From Cyanophora paradoxa CCMP329 (taxonomy: Eukaryota; Plantae; Glaucophyta), in contig QPMI01000565.1 in assembly GCA_004431415.1 (NCBI GenBank), positions 3,269 through 67,268 on the forward strand: a DNA stretch of 64,000 bases, given 5' to 3'. The notes beneath the pieces were generated by a model. It had not been told where the DNA came from, searched no databases, and worked only from the letters and a program-made list of their open reading frames with translations. The translations under genes were made by a program, and so were the position numbers. Positions 11,897 through 23,819 of this stretch are shown here, in pieces (positions within the stretch are counted from its first letter, which is position 1; the number at the start of each line of letters is the position of its first letter).

Positions 11897-12088
11897 GTTT
11901 ACTCAAAAGTGGACTCATGGTTGACTCAAATTTATCATAAAAGACCCAAACAGTCTTTTATTTATGGTTTATTTATCGATTAGGTTGACTAAGTGGGGGG
12001 AGTTGACTCTTTTGTTCACAGATTCTAAAAAAGGACTCTGCCCTAAAAAGAAATAAAAAGTGCCTCAACTTCACCCACTAAGTCAACC
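11897..12088. repeat. Type-1 iteron cluster (GTKGACT(C/A)A) with inverted pair, directly after primase-helicase
   Basis: GGTTGACTAAGTGGGGGGAGTTGACTC (11983-12009) faces CTCAACTTCACCCACTAAGTCAACC (12064-12088); same motif recurs at 17928-18362. Confidence 0.8.
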
Positions 12089-12139
12089 AAAAAATGATTT
12101 AAGAGATAGAAAAATATATTTATATGTTAGAAGTAAGAC

Positions 12140-12490
12140 ATGGCTGGAACAGATCATGATTCTGGATCGATCTATATGATTGAGAGTCAGGAAATGAACA
12201 AAATCTACATAGGGAGAACCTCACAGCCACTACACAAAAGATGGAGACAACACAAATCAGGTGAAATGAAATCCACAGCAGACCTATGCAAGGCTTCTGA
12301 TGTGAGGTTTTCAGTCCTTTATTCAACTAAGAAGGGTGGGCATGAAGACCTTATGAACAGAGAAGCATATTACATGTATCTCTTTGAACCTTGGATAGTC
12401 AATCTACAAAAACCGAAATCTCGATTTAGGATTAATAGGTTTTTGCGATTTCATTCAGAGGAAGCCAATGGATCCATTAAAACATTTTAA
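12140..12490 (+). CDS. GIY-YIG endonuclease
   Basis: GSIYMI...IYIGRT...KRWRQH...REAYY. Confidence 0.85.
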   Translation: MAGTDHDSGSIYMIESQEMNKIYIGRTSQPLHKRWRQHKSGEMKSTADLCKASDVRFSVLYSTKKGGHEDLMNREAYYMYLFEPWIVNLQKPKSRFRINRFLRFHSEEANGSIKTF

Positions 12491-12550
12491 ATTGCGTTTA
12501 GAACATCCTAAAATAAAATATCCCCTTAGAATAGGAACAAGTTAGGAATA

Positions 12551-15500
12551 ATGCCCCGAATTACCAACAAACTCATAAGGGAGAAGAAATGGAACTCATG
12601 GGATTGCTGGGAACACTATATGCAGCCCATGAAATAACAGAGGCTGAATATGACCGGGAAATAGATTTAATTGCAAGGGCAGACCCACTTTAAGCAGATT
12701 AACCAGAAAAGCAAATAACCTATATGATAAAATTGAAACCTTGGATGAACTGGATAGGCTTAGGCAAATAGAACCAGAGGCAGAAGATGGAACAGCCATG
12801 AATGAATTATATCGCTGGCTCACATACAGAGCCAGAAGGGAAGTTGTTGTAGATGTGATTGAATTCCTGGATAGAATTGCTACATCCCTTCCAAATCGAT
12901 TAAAGCAGGGTTTAGATCAATTCAGGGCAATCAAGGTTCGCTTGTCTTTTATCTGCAAGTTCGTTAAAGTGAGCAATCCACAGGTTTGGATATCGAAATA
13001 CATTTACAGTGATTACTTTGTATTAACCAGGTCGAGAAATATTCGAACTGAGCTGAATAAAGCAGCCCAAATGTGTCAGGAGCAGATGAATGTGGTTGAT
13101 AGCTATCGCTTAGAAAGAATTGAAATACTCAGAGTGGCTATTATGAGTTATGCTCCAACTGGTGGATGCTTTCTACAAACCCCAGAGTGGATTGCTAGGA
13201 AGAGAGCCACAGTGAATATTCGAAATATAGATGATTCCTGCTTCGAAAATGCGATTTTAGCCTCGATTTACAGAAAATCTATTAACTCCCATAAGAGGAA
13301 TGAGCTTTCACAATATCGCAAATGGAAATACTCAGCAATCGCTTATAATCCGCTGGCTCTCAATTTCGACAATATCCCATTCCCTGTTGCCTGTGATGCT
13401 GAAATAATTGATAAATTCGAGGCTCAAAATGCAGGCATTAGCATTAATATATTCGGAATCGATGGAGAGGTTGTTTATCCCCTGCATCAATCCAGTTACC
13501 CAGGCAGAAAGCATAAGGTTAATCTCATGCTGATATTTGATGATGAAGGGAATGGTCATTATATTACAATCATGTCCCTTTCAAGATTATTGAAAGTAAA
13601 CCATGAAACATACAATGATCAGAAGTTACACTACTGTGATACATGCTTATCTCGATTCAGGTCTGAGGCTAAACTCACTGCTCATGTGGACTCAAACAGA
13701 TGCATTGATTGGAGACTCTCAAAGGGAATCACACCTAAACCTGAGACCACCATAGAGTTTGGACTCAAAAACCTCAGGAAAACTGTTTGGCTTCCTGTTG
13801 TGGTTTACTGCAAGATTGAACATAGAAGCATCCCCATTGATGCATCGAAATCCAAGAGGGAAGTCTCAGCAGTCAACATTAGAATAGTCACTGGGGCAGA
13901 TGTTCAGGAGTTTCGATTTGAGGGTCAGGATCCAATGGGAGGTCTGTTTGAATGCTTGGAGTCCAAAGCAAGAGAGCTAATCGATTTCCTGTTCACCAAT
14001 ATTCCCATGAATGAACTCACAGATGAGCAAAAGGCTATTTACAGAGCTACCAAACACTGTTACCTTTGCAGTGAGAGGTTCACCAAGGAAAACTTCAAAT
14101 GCAGGGATCATGATCACCACACAGGTAATTACATTGCACCTGCATGCAGAAACTGCAATCTCCATAGGAGAATCTCAAAGCAAACAAAAGTAGCAGTGGT
14201 TGTTGACCAAATGGATGACTGTGGGACATTCATTTTCAGAAAAATAGCAGGCATGGGTGATAAAAAGCGAATCGAAATCCTTTCGAAAAACTTTGATCAA
14301 TACCTTTCATTGCAATGGGGTCTTTACAAGTTCATTGATGCAAGTAATTTATGGACTTTGGGGCTGCTGATGTAGATGAGTTAATGAGCAAATTCCAGGC
14401 TTTCAGAAGGCTTTCACACTCAGTATATGGATTGGACCCAGTTCATTATGTATCTGCACCTGGTTATCTTGGGATGCTATGCTTAGGACCACCAAGGCAA
14501 AAATAGAGCTTATAAGTGATGTAGAGCAATACGAATTTGTTGAGAGGGAATCAGGGTGGCTTTGCAACAATGCCTTGTAGGTATGCTGAGGCTGATGGTG
14601 AAAACTCCCACATTATGCTGTTTGATGCTAACAACTTGTATGGCTACTGTTTGAGTCAGCCAATTCCAGTTGGTGATTTTAGATGGGAGACCGAATTCAA
14701 CCCACAAGATAACAGATCCAGTTTCCTAGAAGTTGATCTGGATTACCCAATTAGGCTGTTTCTAGATCACAGTGATTCCCCCTAATTATTAACAAGAAAA
14801 TAATAGATTATGCCGAATTATCACAATATCAAAAGAGCCTATTAGATCTTTCAGGAGAAGAGCTTGATAAGACCCCTAAGCTAACTGCAACCTTTGGTTC
14901 TGTGACAAACTATGTGATTTCTGAGCCTCTTCTGCAATATCTGTTGGACAAAGGGGTGAAATTAAAGAAAGTTCACAGGGTCCTATCATTTACTGTGGCT
15001 CCTGTAATGAAACCCTATATTGAGCTGAATACTGACATGAGAAGGAAAGCAGTGAATAAATTCGAGGCTGATTTCTATAAACTCATGAATAACTCAATCT
15101 ATGGGAAATGCATTGAATCTTGCAGAGGTAGATCTGTGGTTAAGATTGCAAACAGTGAGAAACTGTTTATGAAATATGCAGCCTCCCCATTGGTGAAATC
15201 AACAAGTCCCATAAACGAAAAAGCAGTTGCCTTTGAGTTTTACACAAAGCATGTGAAGCTAGATAAGCCAGTTGCTATTGGGGCTTATGTTCTGGATGCA
15301 GCCAAACTGCATAACTACAAGTTCTTCTATGATACTGTAAGGTCCCAATGGACAAAAGCAAAGTTACTATTCCATGATACTGACTCCTTTTGTCTATATA
15401 TCGAATCTAAGACCCTACAAAAAGATATAGAGAATATATCCTATGCATTAGACCTTGGAGGTGATTCCAGAATGACCCAGGTAAATACAAAAATGAAATG

Positions 15501-15788
15501 CCTGGCTCTGCTATATTGGAGTATGTGGGTCTGAGAGCTAAAGTTTACAGTTTCAGAACTGCTGAGATTGAGAGGAGTAAGCTCTCTGGGACTTCAACTG
15601 AGGAACTCCAATTTAATGATTTTAAACAGTGTTTATTTGCAGGTATCAGCAAGACTGTGACTGCAAAGCAGAAAAGAAGGGCAGATCACACAATAATAGA
15701 CACTGTGAGTAGAAGGGTTGCCCTAAGCTGCTTTGATGCAAAGAGATACATCTTACCAGATGGTATTAATTCTGTTCCTTTTAATTAA
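12551..15788 (+). CDS. polB: Protein-primed family B DNA polymerase (Maverick/Polinton type) with EndoVII-like insert; split by indels
   Basis: CYLC..RDHDHHTG..ACRNCN; YGLDP; RGG; FDANNLYG; KLMNNSIYGK; HDTDS; VGLRAKVYS; LSCFDAKRYI. Confidence 0.92.
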
Positions 15789-15791
15789 GAG

Positions 15792-17173
15792 ATGCCAGCA
15801 ACTGGAAGAATAGTTAGGAGAACCACTGAGCAACTACAAGGTAACCTACTGCCTATCACAGTTCCCAAGGAGGAAAAGGGAGAATCTCGAATTGTAAAAA
15901 AGTCAGAGATGAAAGAGCTTGTCCCAGTAGAGATCCCAGTTGCTATTGCAGTGAAAGAAACCAGCAAGATTGCCAAGAGATTCTATGATGTGAGAACTGG
16001 TTACAAAGGGCTTCAAGCTATGAGGGCTGAGTTACCTGATGAATCCTATAAGCAGTTGCAAGAGTTCTATAAAAAACAAGAAGTTGTTCAGATCAATGCA
16101 CCTGCTATATCTAGGAAGAGAGATCCCATGGTCCCAATTAGGCAACCCTTGATACCTATGTGATTGATTTGCTCTTTTCCCAGCTTATAAGAAACAAAAC
16201 AATGGCTATGATACCTTTATGACTGCAATGGAATCTACACTGAGAACTGGGTATATCATACCTATAAGGATAAATCAGCTCTCACTACATTAGCTGCATT
16301 TAAACAGCTTGAAATGAGAGTGGCAAGACCCATAGTAAAAGTTCAATCAGATGCTGGAGTGAATTCCAAAATCGAATATTCCAGGAGTATTTATCTAGTA
16401 AATTCATAGAACACCAAGTGAGTGGAACTGCTGACCATAGAAGCCAAGGTCGAATTGAAGCCTTTAACAAGCAGATTAAGAGACTGATCACAAACTATTG
16501 CATAGCTAATAACACAGCTAGATTCTTTGATGTGTTAGGTGATATTGAGTATAATTACAATAATACAGTTCACTCAGCTACTAAGATGAAGCCAGGCGAA
16601 ACTACAGAGGAGCATTATAGGTATATAGTGGGATTAGAAGATGAAAGATTCAAGAAATCAATAGCTTACCTTGATACCATGCAGCCTGGCATGTTTGTTA
16701 GAGTGAAAGTTGAGAAGAACCCCTTTGCTAAACAGGGTAACAATTGGTCTAGGATGGTTTACACTGTTGATAGTAGGGAAGGCTTTAAGTTTAAGCTAAG
16801 GAGTCCCACTGGTGAGATCATAGAAAACAGGTTTGCTTTCCATGAGCTGTTGCCTGTGAATGCAGTTGAATATCTAGAAACCCCTACAGTGGATGCCTTG
16901 GAGCAAGCCAAAGAGGAAGCCAAGGTTGATGCTGCTATAAGGAGAGAAGGCATAGAAGCTGCTAATGAAGTCCCAGATAAGCCTTTGATAGAGGCTAGAA
17001 AGGAGAAGACTGGCAAGGTTAATAGGGAACTCAAAAAGCTCACTATAGCAGGGACACAGAAACTTTCTGAGGTTAATAGCCAGAGATGGTATAATGACTT
17101 TCAGACTACTAAGGAGTCATATACAGCCCCTAAACCTCAGAGAACACTAAGAGAAAGGACCAAAACTAGCTAG
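15792..17173 (+). CDS. Retroviral-type (rve) DDE integrase of Polinton class; frameshifted copy
   Basis: Matches 56046-57430; IEAFNKQIK, YNNTVHSATKMKP, C-terminal VRV...FAK...NWS...YTV. Confidence 0.92.
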
Positions 17174-17224
17174 TTTGCTAGGACCAAAACTAGCCCAGGA
17201 GTCGACTTGGTGGTAAGCCGTTTT

Positions 17225-17291
17225 TGGCTCAGAGAATAGAGCGCTTGATTTCTGACTCAAAACTACGCGGTTCAAATCCGCTCGGGAACCT
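17225..17291 (+). ncRNA. tRNA-Gln-like degenerate element / Pol III A- and B-box cassette
   Basis: D stem GCTC/GAGC, TTGA/TCAA stem around CTG, GCGG-TTCAAAT-CCGC T arm, 3' GGGAACCT; 5' acceptor strand missing. Confidence 0.55.
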
Positions 17292-17927
17292 TTACTTCGT
17301 TCGCCGTGAAACTTGAAAAGTAAAAAAAAACGCGGTTTTTTCTAGATTAATGCTGTACCCGTCTAGAAAATCAATATTAACGTTTGCTACGATATCTCAA
17401 CACCAACTTATCAAATCGATGCGCTTAAAACGTCATAAAATCGAGCATTTCAAGGCGGTCACAGCGCTTATGAGCCATATCGGAATTTCACTAACTGTAA
17501 CTCCAAATCGCGATGAAACCGATTTTGAATTTCGATTTTAAATTCGATTAAAATCCATTAAACGTGAGTTTTTAATATAGATCACTAGGAAGTTATCAAA
17601 TCGATGCACTGACGGTCGAATATAATCACATATATCATACATAACAATAACTTGCAATCACATATACGAATCGCAATGTGTATAGATCGCTATTACGATT
17701 AAAGCGAGTTTTGAAATTCAAAATTAATTCGATTAAATTCGATTATAACTCAAAAATCGCGATTTATAACCATATACTTATCGTTTCGATCAACTTATGA
17801 TATCGAATATTCAACTATATTATATTGCTTCGATAACTGTGATCCCATCTATGATCCCATCAATCTAACACTGCATTTAGTAAGCATCTCCCCTTGATTC
17901 CCCCTATTATATTATATTTATATTTAA

Positions 17928-18362
17928 GTGGACTCAAGGTTGACTCATATTAATCGTAAAAGTAGTAAAAGTATATGGATTTTGTTACGAATTCAATGCA
18001 AGGGTTGACTAAGTGGGTTGAGTTGACTCAAATTTCACAGGAAATATTTGGGACCAAAAGTTTTCTAAAAAGGATTTCAAAAAATGTGTCAACTCCCCCC
18101 ACTTAGTCAACCCTGACCATAAACAGTAAGGATTTGAGCTAACATGTATCACAAAGTGAACATTTTGAGTCCACTTAGAAGATCCACTTTTGAAATCAAA
18201 GTTGATTTTGCTTGAAATTTCAAAGTTGATCTAAAAGTGAGTCCACCCTGATTGATTATGGTAACAAAGTTGACTAAGTTGACTAAGTTGAGTCATCTTA
18301 AGAAATTCAAGGAGACTAAGAGTTCAAAATGTTTATGAAAAGTGAGTCAACTTAGACCACTT
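17928..18362. promoter_or_regulatory. Type-1 iteron cluster in terminal region (candidate replication origin)
   Basis: Multiple GTKGACT(C/A)A copies in both orientations, with inverted pair 18002-18030 / 18088-18113. Confidence 0.55.
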
Positions 18363-18639
18363 ATGATAACAAAGTTAAATATTTAATTGATTTAATCGGA
18401 AAAGAACATGATTTAATCGAATTTATTGATATAATTCCGATTAGATTCATTTAGAATTCAATTAAAATCAATCGAAGTTATTGATATAATTCCGATTAAC
18501 TACAATTAAGATACAATATCGATTAATCGAGTTTATCGATATAACATCGATTAAATTAATTGAAATTGCATATAAAAATATGAAAATTCATGTGAAAATT
18601 CAAATAAATTAATCGATTTTATTGATATAACATCGAATC

Positions 18640-18712
18640 ACACATATGAATATTCATATTTTAATCCTGAGGCGGAACGCCGAGGGATTAAAATATGAAT
18701 ATTCATATGTGT
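18640..18712. repeat. Terminal fold-back hairpin of element A (28-bp perfect arms, 17-nt loop)
   Basis: ACACATATGAATATTCATATTTTAATCC (18640-18667) and its exact reverse complement (18685-18712); loop contains GGCG-GAA-CGCC. Confidence 0.95.
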
Positions 18713-21700
18713 GACGCGCAGCGCGAGTACTACAAACTCGAGAACGAAAAGAAGCAATGGAGCGAGCTGAAAGACAAGGAAATGACAGAGGTCGCGGAGA
18801 AGAAGGCGGAAGCGAACAAGCTGATGACAGACGCGCAAAGGCAGGAAGAGAGCGCCCTCACCGCGCTAAGGTCGGCAGAGCGCCAGGTCGCGGAAGAGCG
18901 CACGAAAATGATACTCGAAGCCGAGGAGGAGCTGAAGAGGATAAACGAGCAAAGGGAAGCCGCCAAGGCGAAAAAGCTCCAGGAAATTGAGGCGCTTACC
19001 GCGGGCACAGAGCTGCTCGAGGCGCAGAGGAAAGAGATCGAGGATAGGAAGAAGAAATTGGAAAAGGAGGCAGAGGCAAGGAGGCAGCTGCTGGAAGAGG
19101 AAGAGGAAACGAGGAGAAAGGCAGGAGAGCTGCAAACGGGCGCGGTGCAGGAGGCGAACAGGCTCCGGGAGGAGATCAAAAATTTAAAGGAGGCGGCCGA
19201 GCGAGCAGACGAGCAGTCGAAAAAATTCAAGGCCAACGCGGACGAGCTGGCGCAGAGGCTGCTCAAGTACGCGGCCACCGCAGAGGCACGCTCGCCCATG
19301 GGGACGGCCGAGACGCAGACCACACCGAGGCCCGACCCGAGGCCGGCGGCAGAGAGGCTACCCTTTGCGCGTCTGGGTAGGAGCGACCAGGTGAAAGAGC
19401 TCATCGGCCTCACGGTCGAGGACCAGAGGGCCCTCTTCGATGCGTTAGAGCAGCGGCGCAGGGCGGACGAGGAGGCGGTCGCCAAGACAGAAGAGGAACG
19501 ACTGAAGGCAATGCAAACTGCATCGGACGAGGAATTCGCACGTCTCGAAGAGCCAAAGGTTGCGGGACGGAAGAGGGCCCTCGAGGCCTTCAAAAACAAC
19601 ACCCTCGATGCCATGGGGGCAAAGATGCGAGAGCTGAAGAGAAACGAATCGCGCAACGGCGAGAAAATACGAGCTCTCGGGGTTGACATTCGCGACTTCA
19701 CATATGTGATGAATCAGCTGACGGGCAGGGGCCAGAAAGACGCGGAAGAGCTGAGGAGAAAGATGGCCGATGAGAAGTGGAAAAACTTTGAGCGCGCGTA
19801 CGTGCAAAGGTACATCAGCGATGCCATCTGGATAGCATACGGCGACGCGGAGGAGATGCACCGCGAACTGCGGACCGAAGCGAGCCTATGGCGGGGCGGC
19901 CTCGAATGGTCACTGTACCGGATGCAAAAGGGGGAGTTTCTGGCAGAGCTGCGAGCCAATCCGAAAACGGTGAGCATCGGCGCACAGAGCGCGTACGTCG
20001 GCATGGTCAATTACGTGGAGAAGCTGAGCAAGTTTTGGGAAAAGCGAAGAGCCGTCATTCCAGCGGAGGGTCTTGCACAGTACGACGCCATGGTGCGCGA
20101 TCTGGAGGCCTTTAAACGTGAGCATCCACCCGCCAAATACAAGCTTTACATAGATACAACGGCGTTCATAGGCGAACTAAGGAAGAGAGGAGACGAGGCC
20201 AAGAGTCAGATCGAGGAGCGCTACAGAAAGGCCCAAGCGGACAAGGAGTACGCAAACAGGGTGATTGAAGAGCGGAAGCAGCAGGCGAAGGAGAACGCGG
20301 CGAGACGCAACGCCGAGATAGAAGAGCAGAGGAGGAAGATCGCAGAGCGCAAGGCGGCAGAGGAGGAGGCGAGAAAAACAAAGGTAGAAACAGAGTACCA
20401 AGCCTTGAAGCGGGAGGCCAATCAAATATTAAAACGAAGGGGAAGGGCGTACGCCGATGAGGGCGCGGGCGTCGGCTTGGCCAGCCCAGACGACATCACA
20501 CTCGCGGAGAGGGACGACGTTTCCGTGGAGGAGATGCGCCCGGGCACCGCCCGCCTGCCCTCCGAGGGCGTGTTTCAGACGCTCGACAGGCGCGTGATGG
20601 GCGACTCGGACGTTATTTTGCGCAACGCCCTGATGCCCTACGGCGACTGGAACCGCGCCACCGCCGACGCCCTTGCGGATTTCGACCTCGAGCGATTCAC
20701 CACCAAAGAGCAGCGCGACGCCTACCTGGGGCGCCCGAGGGCAAGGCGGCCCGGGGTGGCCAAGGAGGCCCTCAGCGCCGAGACGCTCTTCTCCGCGATG
20801 GGTACGGCGAACAACGATGGCATGCCCTTTGGTGTGGCCGACCTCTTCCAGGGGGCGGGTATCGACCTGGTGGGCGCCGGGCTTGGGGGTACGGGCTCAA
20901 GGGCCGGCAGACGACTGGGGGCGGGGGCGACCGGCCTTGGGCTGACGGCACTGGGCGGGCTACTCTCGTCCTACCAAGCCCTGGAGAGCGGACAGATCAC
21001 GCAAGCGCAGTTCATGGACAACTTCCGCGACAGCATGATCATGACCGTGGGCTCGTTTGGCCTTCAGCAGGGGCTCACGTCCGGCCTTCAGTTCCTGAGA
21101 CCTGGCATGAAGATTGGGTTCGTGGGTGGCATGGGCCTGTCGATCCTCGCAGGAATGATCGCCGGCGTCTTCGTGGACATCCTGAACAAGAGGGATGTGG
21201 GTACCATCATCAAGAACTTTTTTATGTACCCCATCAACTGGGCAGCCGATACGATTCAGTTCATCGGCAAGATCGCGCAGGACATGGTCGAGTGGGGCAT
21301 TGAGACCTTCGGCTCCGAGGCCGAGCAACTGAGGATGCGGATTCGGCGAATTGAGGGCGAGCTAGGCGACAACCCCATGGGCGTTTTTACCGGAAGGGGC
21401 GGCGACAACGGGGCGCTGAAACTCATCATGGAGATCGAAACGCTGAAGATGGACGCTGGAAACCAGAAGCAGCCCGAAAGCCTGCAGAAGTTCATCCACG
21501 CACTCGACAACGCAATCAACGATTACCGTACCCCCAAGGACCAGAAGACTCTGCTCGAAATTGATCGTGCAACGGTGCTATACCTGTCGCAGCTCACGGA
21601 AACAATGCAGGATGGGCTACTGGCCCTGAACATTGGCCTAAAGCAGGTGATGCTGGATCTAAAGGAAATGATGACGGCGGAGGCCAAGAACAGGAAGCGC

Positions 21701-22972
21701 GTATTAATTGCGGTCTACCAGGAGGGCCTCAACAGAATCAACCACATCGACGCCCTAAGGCGCGAATTCGGCTCGGCCATCCGTCACTCGGGCGTCTCGT
21801 CGAACGGAGGGGCGCAGGTGGCCCGCCTGGCGGACGCCAACTCGCGCCTCGAAATTCCCGGGACCTTCCGCATGCAGGATTGGTGGGAGGCCGGGGCCTT
21901 CAGGAACTACGGGGCCTTCATAGACAACGGGATTAATTCGCAGAGCCCCAAGGCAAACTGGCTGGTACCCAAGGCGTACGTCGATAAATTGATGGACAGG
22001 CCCGCGGCACCCTACACCAAAAAGATCACCAAAGGCATCGAGTACTGGGCACCCTCGGCTGACCAGCCCGTCTTTGCCTCGCAGAATTACGAGTGGCACA
22101 TGGCGCCAGGGGCGAGTCAGGCAGTCAGCACCGTGGGCGTAATTGCGCCTCAGCTGGCGACGGTGGCGCACACAGGTGAATACGAAGACCTGAAAGGCAA
22201 GCCAACGATACCGACTGTACCAACAACGTGGGGGTGGGATAGCATTACAGGCAAGCCGACGCAGACAACACGAAACGCAGCCCAGCTCGAGTACCCCGTG
22301 ACCCAGCCCGTGAGCACCGTCGGCGTCGTGCAGCCCCGCCTGGCGACGGTTGCTTACACGGGTGCCTTTGCGGATTTGAGTGGCAGGGGGCACACGCACT
22401 CGCTTTCGGAGATAAGGGACTGGGCGGGGGCGCCAGATTTATCGGGGTACGCCCTCTCGACCCACAATCACGAAGGGGTGTATGCAACTGCAGGGCACGA
22501 TCACGAGGGGACGTACGCCCCCTTCACCCACAGCCACACCCAGTACTCAACGACCGGTCACGATCACGACGATGCGTACGCTTCAAAGCGGAGGGTGAAC
22601 GAACAGGCGTACGTTCAGACGGGGAAAACGTCGCGTATTCTTGGAAACAGAGAATACACAGACGGAGAAGTTGTGACAGCGTCGGGGTCAGAGACCTTTT
22701 CGATAGAGTACATGAATGACCCTTCCATTTCACTCTCGTTCAAATCGAAGAGCGGATACAGCAGCTACTTTGATGTTGCTATTCTGGAAGCGCTGGACAT
22801 CCCCTACGGTTTGGACAGCAACGGTAACATTACCTACAGCACCGTCAAAGGATTTGGCTGGGTGCTGAAGCTTAAGTGCCGGGGTGGGGTGACCCTCGCA
22901 GGAGGCCCCTGGACGTTTGAGGTGCAGTGGATTGCAGCGGGGCCACGACTGGAAGACCAACTGCTGGTGTAA
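18713..22972 (+). pseudogene. 5'-interrupted giant structural protein: long coiled coil, Gly-rich hydrophobic segments, HxH fibre repeats
   Basis: Frame is open from the A junction; VAHTGEYEDLKGKP and HTHSLSEI/HNH/HDH repeats and terminal VQWIAAG parallel 41303-44590. Confidence 0.75.
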
Positions 22973-22995
22973 TGCTTTTTCTAAGTATCTGGTAA

Positions 22996-23817
22996 ATGTC
23001 CGTCGCTGTCCCTCTATTCACCTATGCCGCCAGCGTGAATCACAAGGCAGATCACACAATAAAAGAGACGGTCCTCGGCAACCAGGCCACCGAGACCCCC
23101 TACAACGCCACGGCCGTCCCCTTCTCCGAGGCCGATCTCGTCCGCGTCGGCGAGCTGCGCTGCGATAAGATGCGCACACGGGAGGGCGGGTCGGCCGTGC
23201 CGGGGCGCGTGAGGACGCAGAGGCTCACCGTCACGAACGGGGCCTGGGACGGGAGTGGGTACAGCACAAACCAGATGGCCTTTAACGGGGCTGCCGATGG
23301 GGAGGGGAACGCGGCGCTGTACGTGCAGGGAGGGGGTGCCAATATCGTCGGCGGTGCGAGGGTCAACGGCGACGCAACGGTCACGGGCACGGTGACGACG
23401 AACGTAGTGAAGGCAAATCAGCATGAATTCATGACCGTTTACGCACTCGGGGGAAACAATTCGGGCACTACTCTGGCTACGTACACAGGCTTCAACAGCA
23501 TTATTCTAAACAGGTTGGGTGCTTCCACCATTTACAATGGACGATTCACGGCAAAGAAGGCAGGCATCTACCTGGTTGCCTTTTCCGCTCTCACGGCGAA
23601 TTCCCCGGTCGGCAACACCGCAGAGGCGCAGCTGTGGAAAACAGGGAGCTGGACTGGCGTTCGCTGTTTCACAGAGCTCGCTGGAAGGCACGAGTGCATT
23701 GCGTTCACTATCTTCATCCAACTGAACGTGGACGATTACCTGGAAATGAAATTACAAAACATTTGGGCAGACTCGTCCATGTTCTTTACGGTGGGATTAA
23801 TCACAGCCACCGACTAG
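22996..23817 (+). CDS. Spike-like protein with C1q/TNF-like head
   Basis: VRVGELRCDK and ALYVQGGGANI module shared with 44616-48744 genes; GRFTAKKAGIYLVAFS...IQLNVDDYL C1q-like pattern. Confidence 0.75.
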   Translation: MSVAVPLFTYAASVNHKADHTIKETVLGNQATETPYNATAVPFSEADLVRVGELRCDKMRTREGGSAVPGRVRTQRLTVTNGAWDGSGYSTNQMAFNGAADGEGNAALYVQGGGANIVGGARVNGDATVTGTVTTNVVKANQHEFMTVYALGGNNSGTTLATYTGFNSIILNRLGASTIYNGRFTAKKAGIYLVAFSALTANSPVGNTAEAQLWKTGSWTGVRCFTELAGRHECIAFTIFIQLNVDDYLEMKLQNIWADSSMFFTVGLITATD

Positions 23818-23819
23818 AA

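Larger units (their letters stand above)
1..18712 (+). mobile_element. Endogenous Polinton-like virus, element A (left part outside window)
   Basis: Compact AT-rich gene cluster with MCP, two penton-like genes, packaging ATPase, primase-helicase, pPolB and rve integrase. Identity to element D stops exactly at ...CATATGTGT (18712), followed by an abrupt shift to GC-rich DNA. Confidence 0.9.
17174..18712. repeat. Non-coding terminal region (putative terminal inverted repeat) of element A
   Basis: About 1.5 kb AT-rich, dense in ATCGAT/AATT palindromes; near-identical inverted copy at 54325-55850. Confidence 0.8.

Noticed and set aside
18695-18712. Start codon of the 1425-aa ORF
   Set aside because: MNIHMC is read from element A's terminal hairpin. 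The real gene start lies beyond the A insertion.
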